From Lingula anatina (taxonomy: Eukaryota > Animalia > Brachiopoda): 64,000 nt of DNA. The position numbers were made by a program, and so were the translations under genes. This document shows positions 1 through 13,040 of the stretch, piece after piece. The notes below the pieces were generated by a model that did no database searches, was not told where the DNA came from, and saw nothing but the letters and a program-made list of their open reading frames with translations. The stretch lies in NCBI GenBank assembly GCA_051362555.1, contig CM120646.1, positions 4,464,001 through 4,528,000 of the forward strand. Reading direction: 5' to 3'. Position 1 is the first letter of the stretch; each line of letters opens with the position of its first letter.

Positions 1-2020
1 TGCTCTTTTATTTTGTGCTCTCACATACTCCATCACCCCTGTTCTTTTATTTTGTGCTCTCACATACTCCATTCCCCCTATTCTTTTTTTCTTTTTTTTT
101 TTTGTTCTCTCACATACTCCATTCCCCCTGTTCTTTTTTCTTGTTCTTTTTTTTTTTGTTCTCATACTCTATTCCCCTTGTCCTTTTTTTGTGTTCTCGT
201 CTACTTTATTCCCCGTTCTTTTTTGTGTTCTTCCATACTCCATTCCCCCTGTTCTTTTTTCTTTTTCTTTTTTTTTTTGTTCTCTCTCATACTTTATTCT
301 CCCTGTTCTTTTATCTTTTTCTTTTTTTTTTGATCTCTCACATATACTCCATTCCCCCTGTTCTTTTATTTTGTGCTCTCACATACTCCATTCCCCCTAT
401 TCTTTTTTTCTTTTTTTTTGTGTTCTCCCATATTCTATTCCCCCTGTTCTTTTTTTTTCGTTCTCTCACATACTCCATTCCCCCTGTTCTTTTTTTTTTT
501 TTTTGTTCTCACTTCCTTCATTTCCTCTGTTTTTTTATTTTTTTTATTTTGGGCTCTTACTACCTGCATTCCACATTTTTTTTTATTTGGGGGGGGGGGG
601 GGGGGGGGGGGGCTCTTACTTACTCCATTTTCCCTGTTCTTTTTATTTTTTTGTGTTCTCACCTCTTCTTTACCTATGCTGTTCTTTTTTCTTTTTCTTT
701 TTTCTTTTGTTCTTTCACATACTCCATTCCCACTATTCTTTTTTTTTTGTGCTCTCACATACTCCATTCCCTCTATTCTTTCTTTTTTTGTTCTCTCACA
801 TACTCCATTCACCCTTTGTTCTTTTTTGTTCTCTCACATACTCCATTCCCCCTGTTCTTTTTTTTTTTTTTTTTTTTTTTTGTTCTCTCACATACTCCAT
901 TCCCCCTGTTCTTTTTTTTTTCTTTTTGTTCTTTCACATACTCCATTCCCCCTGTTCTTTTTTTTTGTTCTTTCACATACTCCATTCCCCCTGTTCTTTT
1001 TTTTGTGCTCTCACATACTCCATTCCCCCTATTCTTTTTTTCTTTTTTTTTGTGTTCTCCCATATTCTATTCCCCCTGTTCTTTTTTTTTCGTTCTCTCA
1101 CATACTCCATTCCCCCTGTTCTTTTTTTTTTTTTGTTCTCACTTCCTTCATTTCCTCTGTTTTTTTATTTTTTTTATTTTGGGCTCTTACTACCTGCATT
1201 CCACATTTTTTTTTATTTGGGGGGGGGGGGGGGGGGGGGGCTCTTACTTACTCCATTTTCCCTGTTCTTTTTATTTTTTTGTGTTCTCACCTCTTCTTTA
1301 CCTATGCTGTTCTTTTTTCTTTTTCTTTTTTCTTTTGTTCTTTCACATACTACATTCCCACTATTCTTTTTTTTTTGGTGCTCTCACATACTCCATTCCC
1401 CCTGTTCTTTTTTCTTTTTTTTTTTTATTTGTTCTCTCACATACTCCATTCCCCCTGTTCTTTTTTCTTTTTTTTTATTTGTTCTCTCACATACTCCATT
1501 CCCCCTATTACTATTATTTTTTTTGTGCCCTCACATACTCCATTCCCCTTGTTCTTTTTTTTGGTCTCTCACATACTCTGTTCCCCTTGTTCTTTTTTTT
1601 TTTTTTTGTTCCTCTCTCCATTCCCCCTGTTTTTGTTTTTTTTTTGTTTTTTGTTTTTTTTTGTAATTTCACATACTCCATTCCCCTTGGTCTTTTTTGT
1701 GCTCTCACATACTCCATCCCCCCTATTCTTTCAATTCAATCTAAAGTACAAAAATAAAAATAATAATAAAGCTGGAATCTAAAATACAAAAATGAAAAAA
1801 AAAAAGAAGTAAAAAAGCTGGAATGTAAAGTACAAAAATAAAAATGATAAAAAAAACTAGAATCTAAAATTCAAAATTAAAATAATAAAAAAGCTGGAAT
1901 TTTAAGTGCAAAAAAAAAAGAAAAAAAAGAAAAGAAAGAAAAATAAAACAAAAAGCTGCAGTCTAAAGTACAAAAAATAATAAAAAAGCTGGAATCTAAA
2001 ATACAAAAATAAAGAAAAGT

Positions 2021-2470
2021 AAGCTGCCCCTGCCTCCCCCATTACTCCCATCAGCTTCTGTGCTGCCCCTGCCTCCCCCATTACTCCTATCAGCTTCTGT
2101 GCTTCTCCTGCCTCCCCCATTACTCCTATCAGCTTCTGTGCTGCCCCTGCCTCCCCTATTACTTTTATCAGCTTCTGTGCTGCCCCTGCCTCCCCCATTA
2201 CTCCTATCAGCTTCTGTGCTGCCCCTGCCTCCCCCATTACTCCTATCAGCTTCTGTGCTTCCCCTGCCTCCCCCATTTCTCCTATTAGCTTCTGTGCTTC
2301 CCCTGCCTCCCCCATTACTCCTATCAGCTTCTGTGCTGCCCCTGCCTCCCCCATTACTTCTATCAGCTTCTGTGCTGCCCCTGCCTCCCCCATTACTCCT
2401 ATCAGCTTCTGTGCTGCCCCTGCCTCCCCCATTTCTCCTATCAGCTTCTGTGCTGCCCCTGCCTACCCCC
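2021..2470. repeat. 39-bp minisatellite array 1 (cagcttctgtgctgcccctgcctcccccattactcctat)
   Basis: About 11 near-identical head-to-tail units; period 39 matches the 13-aa repeat in the ORF track. Confidence 0.95.
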
Positions 2471-2614
2471 ATTCCCCCTCTTCTTTTTATTTTTGTGTTC
2501 TCACCTCCTCCATTCCCCCTGTTCTTTTTTTGTGTTCTCACCTACTTCTTTCCCCCTGTTCTTTTCTTGTGCTCTTGTCTACTCCATTCCCCCTGTTCTT
2601 TTTATGTACAGACA

Positions 2615-3072
2615 CAGCTTCTGTGCTGCCCCTGCCTCCCCCATTTCTCCTATCAGCTTCTGTGCTGCCCCTGCCTCCCCCATTACTCCTATCAGCTTCT
2701 GTGCTGCCCCTGCCTCCCCTATTACTCCTATCAGCTTCTGTGCTGCCCCTGCCTCCCCTATTACTGTTATCAGCTTCTGTGCTGCCCCTGCCTCCCCCAT
2801 TACTCCTATCAGCTTCTGTGCTGCCCCTGCCTCCCCTATTACTTTTATCAGCTTCTGTGCTGCCCCTGCCTCCCCCATTACTCCTATCAGCTTCTGTGCT
2901 GCCCCTGCCTCCCCCATTACTCCTATCAGCTTCTGTGCTGCCCCTGCCTCCCCCACTACTCCTATCAGCTTCTGTGCTGCCCCTGCCTCCCCCACTACTC
3001 CTATCAGCTTCTGTGCTGCCCCTGCCTCCCCCATTACTCCTATCAGCTTCTGTGCTGCCCCTGCCTGCCCCC
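2615..3072. repeat. 39-bp minisatellite array 2 (same unit)
   Basis: About 11-12 near-identical tandem units. Confidence 0.95.
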
Positions 3073-6000
3073 ATTCTCCCTCTTCTTTTTTTTTTGTGTT
3101 CTCGTCTACTTCTTTCCCCCAATTCTTTTTTTTGTGCTCTCGTCTACTCCATTCCCCCTGTTCTTTTTATTTTTGTGCTCTCACATACTACAATTCCCCT
3201 GTTCATTTTTATTCTCTTACCTACTCCATTCCACCTGGTATTTTTTGTACTCTCGTCTACTTTATTCCCCCTGTTCATTTTTTGTGTTCTCACATATTCC
3301 ATTCTCCCTGTTCTTTTTTTTTTTGTTCTCTCACATACTCCATTCCCCTGTTCTTTTTTTTTTTTTTTTTTTTTTGTGCTCTCATACTCTATTCACCTTG
3401 TTCTTTTTTGGTACTCTTGTCTAATTTATTCCCCGTTCTTTTTTTCGTGTTCTTCCATACTCCATTCCCCCTGTTCTTTTTTCTTTTTCTTTTTTGTTCT
3501 CTCACATACTCCATTCCCCCTGTTCTTTTTTCTTTTTCCTTTTTGTTTACTCACAAACTCCATTCCCTCTGTTCTTTTTTCTCTTTCTTTTTTTTGTTCT
3601 CTCACATACTCCATTCCCCCTGTTCTTTTTATTGTGCTCGCCTACTCTATTCCCCTTGTTCTTTTTTGTGCTCTCACATACTCCATTTTCCTTGTTCTTT
3701 TTTTTTCTTTTGTGCTCTCTCATACTCTATTCTCTTTGTTGTTTTTTTTTTCTCTCACATACTCCATTCCCCCTGTTCTTTTTATGTGTTCTCACATACT
3801 CCATTATCCCTGTTCTTTTTTTTTTTTTGTTCACTCACATACTCCATTCCCCCTGTTGTTTTTTCGTGCTCTCCTACTCTATTCCCCTTGTTCTTTTTTT
3901 TATTTTGTAATCTCACACACTCCATTCCCCTTAGTCTTTTTTTATGCTCTCTCATACTCTATTCCCCTTGTTTTTTTTTGTTCACTCACATACTCCATTC
4001 CCCATTCTTTTTTTTTTTTTGTGCTCTCACATACTCCATTATCCCTGTTCTTTTTTTTTTTTTGTTCACTCACATACTCCATTCCCCCTGTTGTTTTTTC
4101 GTGCTCTCCTACTCTATTCCCCTTGTTCTTTTTTTTATTTTGTAATCTTACATACTCCATTCCCCTTAGTCTTTTTTTGTGCTCTCTCATACTCTATTCC
4201 CCTTGTTTTTTTTTGTTCATTCACATACTCCATTCCCCCTGTTCTTTTTTTTTTTTTTTTTTGTGCTCTCACATACTTCATTCCCTTTGTTCTTTTTTTT
4301 TTGTGCTTCTCACATACTCCATTCCCCCTGTTGTTTTTTTCGTGCTCTCCTACTCTATTCCCCTTGTTCTTTTTTTTTTTTATTTTGTAATCTCACGAAC
4401 TCCATTCCCCTTAGTCTTTTTTTGTGCTCTCTCATACTCTATTCCCCTTGTTTTTTTTTGTTCTCTCATACTCTATTCCCCATGTTCTTTTTTTTTTGTT
4501 CTCTCACATACTCCTACATTCTCCGTTCTTTTTTCTTTTGTGTTCTAACATACTCCATTCCCCCTGTTCTTTTTTTTTTTTTGTGCTCTCACATACTTCA
4601 ATCTGTTTTTTTTTTGTGCCCTCACATACTTCTTTTTTTTTGTGCACCCACACACTCCTACATTCTCCGTTCTTTTTTCTTTTGTGTTCTAACATACTCC
4701 ATTCCCCTGTTCTTTTTTTTTGTGCTCTCACGTACTTCTATCTGTTTTTTTTTTTGTTCTCTCACATACTCCATTCCCCGTTTTTTTTCTTTTGTGCCCT
4801 CACATACTTCTATTTTTTTGTGCTCCCACATACTCCTACATTCTCCCTGTTCTTTTTTCTTTTGTGTTGTCACATACTCCATTCCCCCTGTTCTTTTTTT
4901 TGTGTTCTCGCATACTTCATTCTCACTGTTTTTTTTTTTTTTCGTGCTCTCACATACTCCATTCTCCTTGTTCTTTTTTTTTGTGCTTCTCACATACTCC
5001 ATGCCCCCTGTTTCTTTTTTCTTTTTCCTTTTTGTTCTCTCACATACTCCATTCCCCCTGTTCTTTTTTCTTTTTCCTTTTTGTTCTCTCACAAACTCCA
5101 TTCCCTGTTCTTTTTTCTTTTTCTTTTTTTTGTTCTCTCACATACTCCATTCCACCTTTCCTTTTTTTTCGTTCACTCACATACTCCATTCCCCCTATTC
5201 TTTTTATTGTGCTCGCCTACTCTATTCCCCTTGTTCTTTTTTGTGCTCTCACATACTCCATTTTCCTTGTTCTTTTTTTTTTCTTTTGTGCTCTCTCATA
5301 CTCTATTCTCTTTGTTGTTTTTTTTTTCTCTCACATACTCCATTCCCCCTGTTCTTTTTATGTGTTCTCACATACTCCATTATCCCTGTTCTTTTTTTTT
5401 TTTTGTTCACTCACATACTCCATTCCCCCTGTTGTTTTTTCGTGCTCTCCTACTCTATTCCCCTTGTTCTTTTTTTTATTTTGTAATCTCACACACTCCA
5501 TTCCCCTTAGTCTTTTTTTATGCTCTCTCATACTCTATTCCCCTTGTTTTTTTTTGTTCACTCACATACTCCATTCCCCATTCTTTTTTTTTTTTTGTGC
5601 TCTCACATACTTCATTCCCTTTGTTCTTTTTTTTTTTGTGCTTCTCACATACTCCATTCCCCCTGTTGTTTTTTTCGTGCTCTCCTTCTCTATTCCCCTT
5701 GTTCTTTTTTTTTTTAATTTTGTAATCTCACGAACTCCATTCCCCTTAGTCTTTTTTTGTACTCTCTCATACTCTATTCCCCTTGTTTTTTTTTTGTTCT
5801 CTCATACTCTATTCCCCATGTTCTTTTTTTTTGTTCTCTCACATACTCCTACATTCTCCGTTCTTTTTTCTTTTGTGTTCTAACATACTCCATTCCCCTG
5901 TTCTTTTTTTTTTTTTGTGCTCTCACATACTTCTATCTGTTTTTTTTTTTTTTGTTCTCTCACATACTCCATTCCCCCTGTTCTTTTTTTTTGTTCTCTC

Positions 6001-7109
6001 ACATACTCCATTCCCCATTTTTTTTTTCTTTTGTGCCCTCACATACTCCAGCTCCCTCTCTGTGCTCCCACACACTCCTACATTCTCCCTGTTCTTTTTT
6101 CTTTTGTGTTGTCACATACTCCATTCCCCCTGTTCTTTTTTTTGTGTTCTCGCATACTTCATTCTCACTGTTTTTTTTTGTGCTCTCACATACTCCATTC
6201 TCCTTGTTCTTTTTTTTTTGTACTTCTCACATACTCCATTCCCCCTGTTCTTTTATTTTGTTTTCTCACATGCTCCATGCCCCCTGTTTCTTTTCTTTTT
6301 TTTTTTGTTTTGTGCATTCACATACTCCAGCCATTCCCCTTGTTTGTTTTTTTGTCTTTTTTTTAATTTTGAGCTCTTACTTCCTCCATTCCCCCTGTTC
6401 TTTTTTTCTTTTTTGTGTTCTCACCTCCTCCATTCCCAGTCTTCTTTTCCTATGTTCTTACCTATTCCATTCCAACTCTCCTATTTCTCCTCTCTTCTCC
6501 TTTTAATCCTGGATGCCTTTGAGCTTTTCTATGTTGATGTCATCCAATATAACAACTCAAGACTGATGAATCATTTCACTCTCATCAAATGGGTATTCTT
6601 TGTTTTCACTTTCCTTCTTTTGACCATTATTTCAGCTTTCAGAGATGTCATGGGTTCATGAGCCCTTGCCAAATTTTGTCCTTGTGATTTTCTTAGACAC
6701 GTTGCCTTGTAAATAATTGGAAACTTGATAATTAAAGGGGCATTTGAAGGTCTTTGCTGTACATCATAACTCAGTGTTATGATGGAATGTTATTATGAAG
6801 GAATATACCACTAGTATCACTCATAGGATTTACATGGATTGTTATGTTTTCTTATAGCTTATTTTTCATTTTTCTCTTCTTTTGTTTGGTCTTTTCTTTC
6901 GGCTCCCCATTTCCCCTTAGCCTCTAGCTGACTTCTAGCAAGGTGTTTCTCTAAGAAAATTTGTGGCACTTATATTAAGGGGGAGTCATATCTTAAAGAA
7001 AAATTTTTAAACACTTGGACCCAGGTGGGGTATACCAGTAAGGGAATGTGTAGCACACATACTTAAGGAGGGGTTATGTATCATTAGAAAATCTGTAGCA
7101 TGCATGCTT

Positions 7110-7868
7110 AGGAACATGCAGGCATTTTGCAGCACACAGACTTTAGGGGGAGGCAGATCATTTAGGAAATTTGCAGCACACAGATTTTAATAGGAGGCGG
7201 ATCATTAAGGAAATTTGCAGCACACAGATTTTAGGGGGAGGCGGATCTTTTAGGAAATTTGCAGCACACAGAGTTTAGGGGGAGGCGGATCATTTAGGAA
7301 ATTTGCAGCACACAGACTTTAGGGGGAGGTGGATCTTTTAGGAAATTTGCAGCACACAGATTTTAGGGGGAGGCGGATCTTTCAGGAAATTTGCAGCACA
7401 CAGACTTTAGGGGGAGGCGGATCATTTAGGAAATTTGCAGCACACAGACTTTAGAGGGAGGCAGATCATTTAGGAAATTCGCAGCACACAGAATTAGGGG
7501 GATGCATTTCATGAAGGACATTCCCAGCACACAGACTTAAGGGGAGGCAGATCATTAAGGAAAGTTGCAGCACACAGACTTAAGGGGGAGGTGGATCATT
7601 TAGGAATTTGCAGCACACAGACTTAAGGGGGAGGCAGATCATTAAGAAATTTGCAGCACACAGACTTAAGGGGGAGGCAGATCATTAAGGAATTTGCAGC
7701 ACACAGACTTAAGGGGGAGGCAGATTATTAAGGAATTTGCAGCACACAGACTTAAGGGGGAGGCAGATCATGAAGAAAAATGCAGCACATAGACTTATGG
7801 GGGGAGGCAGATTATTAAGGAAATTTGCAGCACACAGACTTAAGGGGGAGGCAGATCATTTGCAGCAC
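7110..7868. repeat. ~42-44-bp minisatellite (ttgcagcacacagacttaagggggaggcagatcattaaggaa)
   Basis: About 17 tandem units with small indels. Confidence 0.92.
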
Positions 7869-7913
7869 AATAAAATACAAGGAATAAAACATGGGCCTGG
7901 AGGCTAAAGAAAA

Positions 7914-7944
<31 letters not shown>

Positions 7945-8859
7945 CATATCAATTTGACTGAAGACAAACAAAACATTATGAACAAAGAAATAGAAGATAG
8001 TTAGAATGCCAATATCAATATTCTTTAACAACAGCAACTGTAACTTGTATAGACTTGAGAACAACAACATGTGTTTCAGGTTTTAAAGGATGGTTTATTA
8101 ACAAAACACTATTGAGCAAGGAATGTGTATCTGATTTCAAAAAACTATTAGAAGAAATTACATGAACTAAAAAAATGCTCATCTTTATAAAAAAATACTT
8201 AAATAAACTAAATTACATAAATAGCAAATAAAAAAAAAAAACACTGAAGAGTAAAATAAAAACAAATAAAAAAATAAATAAATAAAAAGATAAATAAAAT
8301 AACATTAAAAAAAATTTAAAGCTGAAAGTAAACCAAAAAGTACTTTAAGAAACTAAATTACATAAGTAGCAAAAAAAAAAAAAAAACACTGAAGAGTAAA
8401 AAAAATAAATAAATAAAATAACATTAAAAAATAAAGAAAAATAAAAGCTGAAAACAAACAAAAATTCTTTAAGAAACTCTAAATTACATAAATACAAAAA
8501 AAATGAAGAGTAAAAAAAAAAAAAAAAAACACTGAAGAGTGAAAAAAAAAACACTGAAGAGTAAAAAAAAAAGTAAATAAATAAATAAAATAACATTAAA
8601 AAAAATTAAAGCTGAAAGCAAACCAAAAAGTACTTTAAGAAACTTTAAATTACATAAATACCCCCCCCCCCCCAAAGAAAATGAAGAGTAAAAAAATTAA
8701 TAAATAAAAAAACACTGAAGAGTAAAAAATAAATAAATAAATAAATAATACATCTCTCAGTTAAGACATCTATTCATCAGATCAAAAGTGTTTTGGTTGC
8801 ACTGTTTTGCCTGGTATTTGTCAGCCACAATTTTTTAAAAATGATTAACAAAGACCTTA

Positions 8860-9950
8860 GTGGGCAACCTTGTAGAATTCCACATTCAAGCTTTGCTGTC
8901 AAGAGGCCTTATTGATGGTGTCTTTGAAGGCCAATTCCAGCTTGTGGGCATAACAATGTCCAGTAACCATGGCTGTCTGGACTAGCTGTAACTTTGCTAT
9001 CACTCCTGATTTTAACCCTATTATCATGGCTGCTCCATCACTACCCATGGCCACAGGCTTTAATGTAAACACTTCCCTGCTTCTTCCAACCTGATCTATG
9101 GAAGCCATCATAGCCAAGTAGATAGCATTAGATAGTATTCTGTATATATGCAGACTTAAGGAAATTTACCTGAAAAAAAAATTTAAAAAACACATAACAT
9201 GAAAAGCATGGCATATATAACAAAGAATTAGAAACCAAAAGGTTGGAGTCATACATAAGTTGGATTAGAAAAAATTTTACAAATTAAAAAAAATATATAT
9301 AAAAAACATAAACCATAGACCAAAATAGCTTCAAAAATAAATAAAGCGCAGACCTCTAAAAGTTTCATAAAAGAAATTGATGATAAGCTTTTGGTAAATA
9401 TGACACATAATGATTATAAAGCTTAAGAAGTTACACTTCCTGCTTTATAACATACTGAGCTAATATTACCTTATAAGCCCCGTTATGCATGCTCTGAGAT
9501 AAAAAAAAAAAAAAAAAAAAATTGCTACCTCGTTCACGCTGCTATCCATGCTTCCATCTGACATGATGGATGCAAATCTTACTTTGGAGATGCACTTAGC
9601 TATTCTCTGCATCTTGGACTTGGCTCTAAAGTGGACAAATACTCTGGTACTTCTGTTTGTGGTTGAAATAAGTTTGCCCAATGTCCAAGCCCATGGCCCA
9701 GTTCAGCCCTGTCATCCAAAGAAAGTTACTGAATGGCCTGCATGACTACCATAAGTAGCATTATTTCAGCCTTTCCTCATTGTTCTTATTCATAGAGACC
9801 AGGCACTGGGTGACCGGCTGGTTTTGCTGCAATACACTCTTGGCAGCCATGATGTCTCTGGCATTTACGTGTTCCTGACTCGTGTGTGTTTTTTGAGGCT
9901 CTTCTCCCATTTGGCCATTCCCAGTACACCATGTACACTTCATTTAACCT
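8860..9950 (-). mobile_element. Decayed hAT-family transposase (ZNF862-like) fragments
   Basis: Minus-strand peptides 'FASIMSDGSMDSSVNE' and 'MGSDGAAMIIGLKSGVIAKL...GHCYAHKLELAFKD' match the hAT catalytic Asp regions and the HCxxH motif. The frame is broken by stops and poly-T. Confidence 0.75.
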
Positions 9951-11929
9951 GAGAACACAGAATAATAAACTCTAATGAATATTTATATTTTATTTACCAA
10001 AGTTTATAATTATTAGATCAATACATGCAAGTTGCTAAAATATCCTTAGGTCGGAATTGATAATGAAAATGTTCCAAACATGAGGGTTAAAAACTTCAGT
10101 TGCTAAAGATAAAAATTATGCCTAAACCCAGAAAAACTTTCTAATCTGTTGAATGTAGTGTGGTCATGTCTCTGTCTTATGGTGTCTTATTTTTCATGAT
10201 AATCTTATTGTTGTATTAGATCCAAAGTAAAATCAAAATGAATGTGTGTGAAACAAAGCAGAATGCTCTCCTGTCTGGTACCTTTACCAGGACCTCCCGT
10301 TTCCATCCCTCCTGTAACTTCCTCTTAGTTTATGCCTGCTCATACCTAGTAATAAAATAGTCTTCCCCAGCTTGAAAGATGAGTGACTAACAAAGGTGTT
10401 CGCAGTTTTCTACTTTATTATCTTTACTCAAGAAATAAGGGGTGTGTTTAGAAATACCTTGCACCTTTTTCCAGGGGATGTGGCATATCCCTGCCTTGCC
10501 TCTTCATAAAGCTCCGAGTTGCATTTCCCGACATTTAACTTGTTTCCCGTGGACAATTTACCCTTTGCTGATTGGTCATAATGAGTGGGTCTTTTTTTTA
10601 AGTCAAAGCATGTGTCCCTGCCCATTGGATAGTTAAGTATGAAGAAAGCATGTGCTTTTTTTTTTTTTTATCAACAACAGCACTGTAGCCAAAGCACATT
10701 GCATTTTTGAAATTATTTTTTCCAAATTTTTATTTAAGTTACCTTTTGGGCCAGTTTTCATCAATTGCTCAGACAAAATATTTTGGGTCAGTAATCCTTG
10801 ATCCATATATGGTTTTAGTCCCCAGAACAAATGGGCAGCTGGTAATTTCCAGCCCTGCTTTTGGTACTAAATTCTCTGACATGATAGCATTCCCATGATG
10901 TGTTTATGTTTGTTTTCTCTTTACGATGAAATTATCCTGGAAAAGTTTCTTGCTTTGTTGTTGTTGTTAGTCAGTTTTCATTTTTAGAGAGGGGGGTTTC
11001 CATGAAAGCCATTGTTGTGTTGCCTGTCAAGTTTGTTATTATACATTTATAGTTATTTGGTTACTTTTATTTACTGTAGTTAGTATCAATAGTGTTTAGG
11101 TCATGTCAAATACTAGTTTCATTCATTTTCATTTCTTAAAAATTAGTTTTTTTTGTGCAAATCAAAATGTGTCTGTACATTTTACAGTATTGTTGTATAC
11201 CATCATTTTGTCTTGAGCCCAAAAGCTGTGATGACGAGTATGTCTACTCTGAAGGTCAGCTGAAGGTCAAGGACATGTAAAATTAGAAGTCGAAGTCGAG
11301 TCCTGGGATTAAGTTCGTTGTTGTTTCTCAGTTGTAGTTCATACACTATATGTGCTACAAATGTCAATAGTGTAAACAGTGTATTTATTTCTCGTCTTCA
11401 AAATTCTCATGACAAAATTCTATGTACCAGTAACTTATACTGGCTCTATTTTTGTTCTCATTTTGTTTCTTGTGTTATCTGGTAAATCCTTAATTACATT
11501 AATTACTCTATATAATTCACACTGGCTGACAGCGTATAGTATTACTTTTTCCATTCTACTTTTGGTATTGTGTTATCTGGTACATTTTCATTTTCGCTTT
11601 GAATATCTCACAATATTAATCTTATTGCATTGTTAAATTAACTGGTACATTCTCATTTTTGTTATTACTTTAGATATTTCAAACAGGATGTGTTTCTGTT
11701 TTCTTTTGGTTATTTTGTTATCTGTTCAATTCTCAATTCCAAGTTATTTTATTTCACACTGAAAATATCATAGTACTCATTTGGTTGTTAAATTGTCCAG
11801 TAAATTCCCATTTACAGACTTACTTGAAGTCAAACTGGTTATATTTTTACTTTTTTTGTTTGGTAGATTTCCACTTTAATTGAATTAAATTTGTTATTAT
11901 GAACATCTGATACTGGTTGTATTATTTCA

Positions 11930-13040
11930 CATATTTGGTTACAAGTTAAATTATCTGGCATTTGCTTTAATGAACATTGCAAAGTATTTTACTTGATAAA
12001 ATCAACACTTTGCTAAATCTATCCTTGCAAACCTGTATTAGTAAGACTCCATCTGATATTTTGAGTGGTAATCAAGTAATGCCAGAAATATCAGTCATGC
12101 TTTGATCATTGTGCCACACTGAATAGTACATTTTATAGTTCCATCCTCATATTCAGTCGTGTAATGTATTTAAAATATTCATACCAAGAGACACACTGAA
12201 TAATGCATTTTTTGTAACATCCTCATATAAAGTTGTGTCAGTGAAATGTCATCTTCGTGCAGTGACATAGAAAGACCATTGTCATTTACCAGTCATATTT
12301 TTTGCTGGTCATACTGTAGTTTGATTTTGATACAAAATCAAACAAATTACTTCCAAAGAACAGTACCATCTGTTCAACATCTTTGTTTCACATATTATAA
12401 TATGAAGTCCATTTTATTATTCAGAATGTTTTTGTTCTGTTAAATATGTGAATAGTATCATTTAAATTGTCAAAAAATTTTAACACGCATTTAGGAATAT
12501 TTTAGAAATGCTTCACATTAAAATTCACTCTAACCTCAAGTTTTTATGGTTTTGGAATTTTTACCCTAGAGTGGAACATTATATTCATACAGGCTCTGTT
12601 ATTTTACTCATTTTGTAACAAGTTAAATTACCTGGTTATTATTTAAACTATGCAAAGTATTTCATTTGATAAAATCAATGGTCTAATTTTGCAAACCTAT
12701 ATTAGTTAGACTCCATCTGAAATTTAGAATGGCAAGCAAGCAATGGTGTCAGAAAAAGAAATAGTCCTGCTTTGATCCTTGTGCCATTCTTTGAATGTAT
12801 AATAAATGTTCAAGTCGAGACACACTGAATCGTGCATTTTACAGTAACGTCCTGTTATTCAGTTGTGTAATTGAAATGTCATCTTAATGTAGTGACATAG
12901 AAAGACCATTGTCATTTTCCAGTAATGTTTTTGCTGGTAATAGTTATAGTTTGTTTATTGATACCAGAACAAACATTATACAAGAGGAACAACAACATCT
13001 GATCAACCTCCATTTTTTTTTTTTTTTTTTTTTTGTTAAA
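11930..13040. repeat. Diverged direct duplication (~680-bp offset)
   Basis: 'acaagttaaatta..caaagtattt..ttgcaaacct..gactccatctga..gtgacatagaaagaccattgtcattt' occurs at ~11940-12450 and again at ~12620-13040. Confidence 0.75.

Larger units (their letters stand above)
1..6480. repeat. Degenerate pyrimidine-rich tandem repeat region (core 'gtgctctcacatactccattccccctgttc' + variable poly-T), with internal block duplications
   Basis: The core motif recurs dozens of times separated by T-runs. A block near 373-760 recurs about 630 bp later with the same poly-G run, and ~3590-4050 recurs at ~5180-5620. The long ORFs here are low-complexity artefacts. Confidence 0.9.

Noticed and set aside
1902-3122. 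Minus-strand ORFs with MGEAGAAQKLIGV or GGGRGSTEADRSN repeats as structural proteins
   Set aside because: Translations of the 39-bp minisatellite, open in several frames, with no flanking gene structure.
13-6661. Very long ORFs (up to 672 aa) rich in F/S/L/P
   Set aside because: Open in all three plus frames because the T/C-rich repeat lacks stop codons; no domain signal.
2021-7868. Regular 39-44-bp repeats as a possible CRISPR array
   Set aside because: Units are head-to-tail with no unique spacers, there are no cas genes, and the context is eukaryotic.
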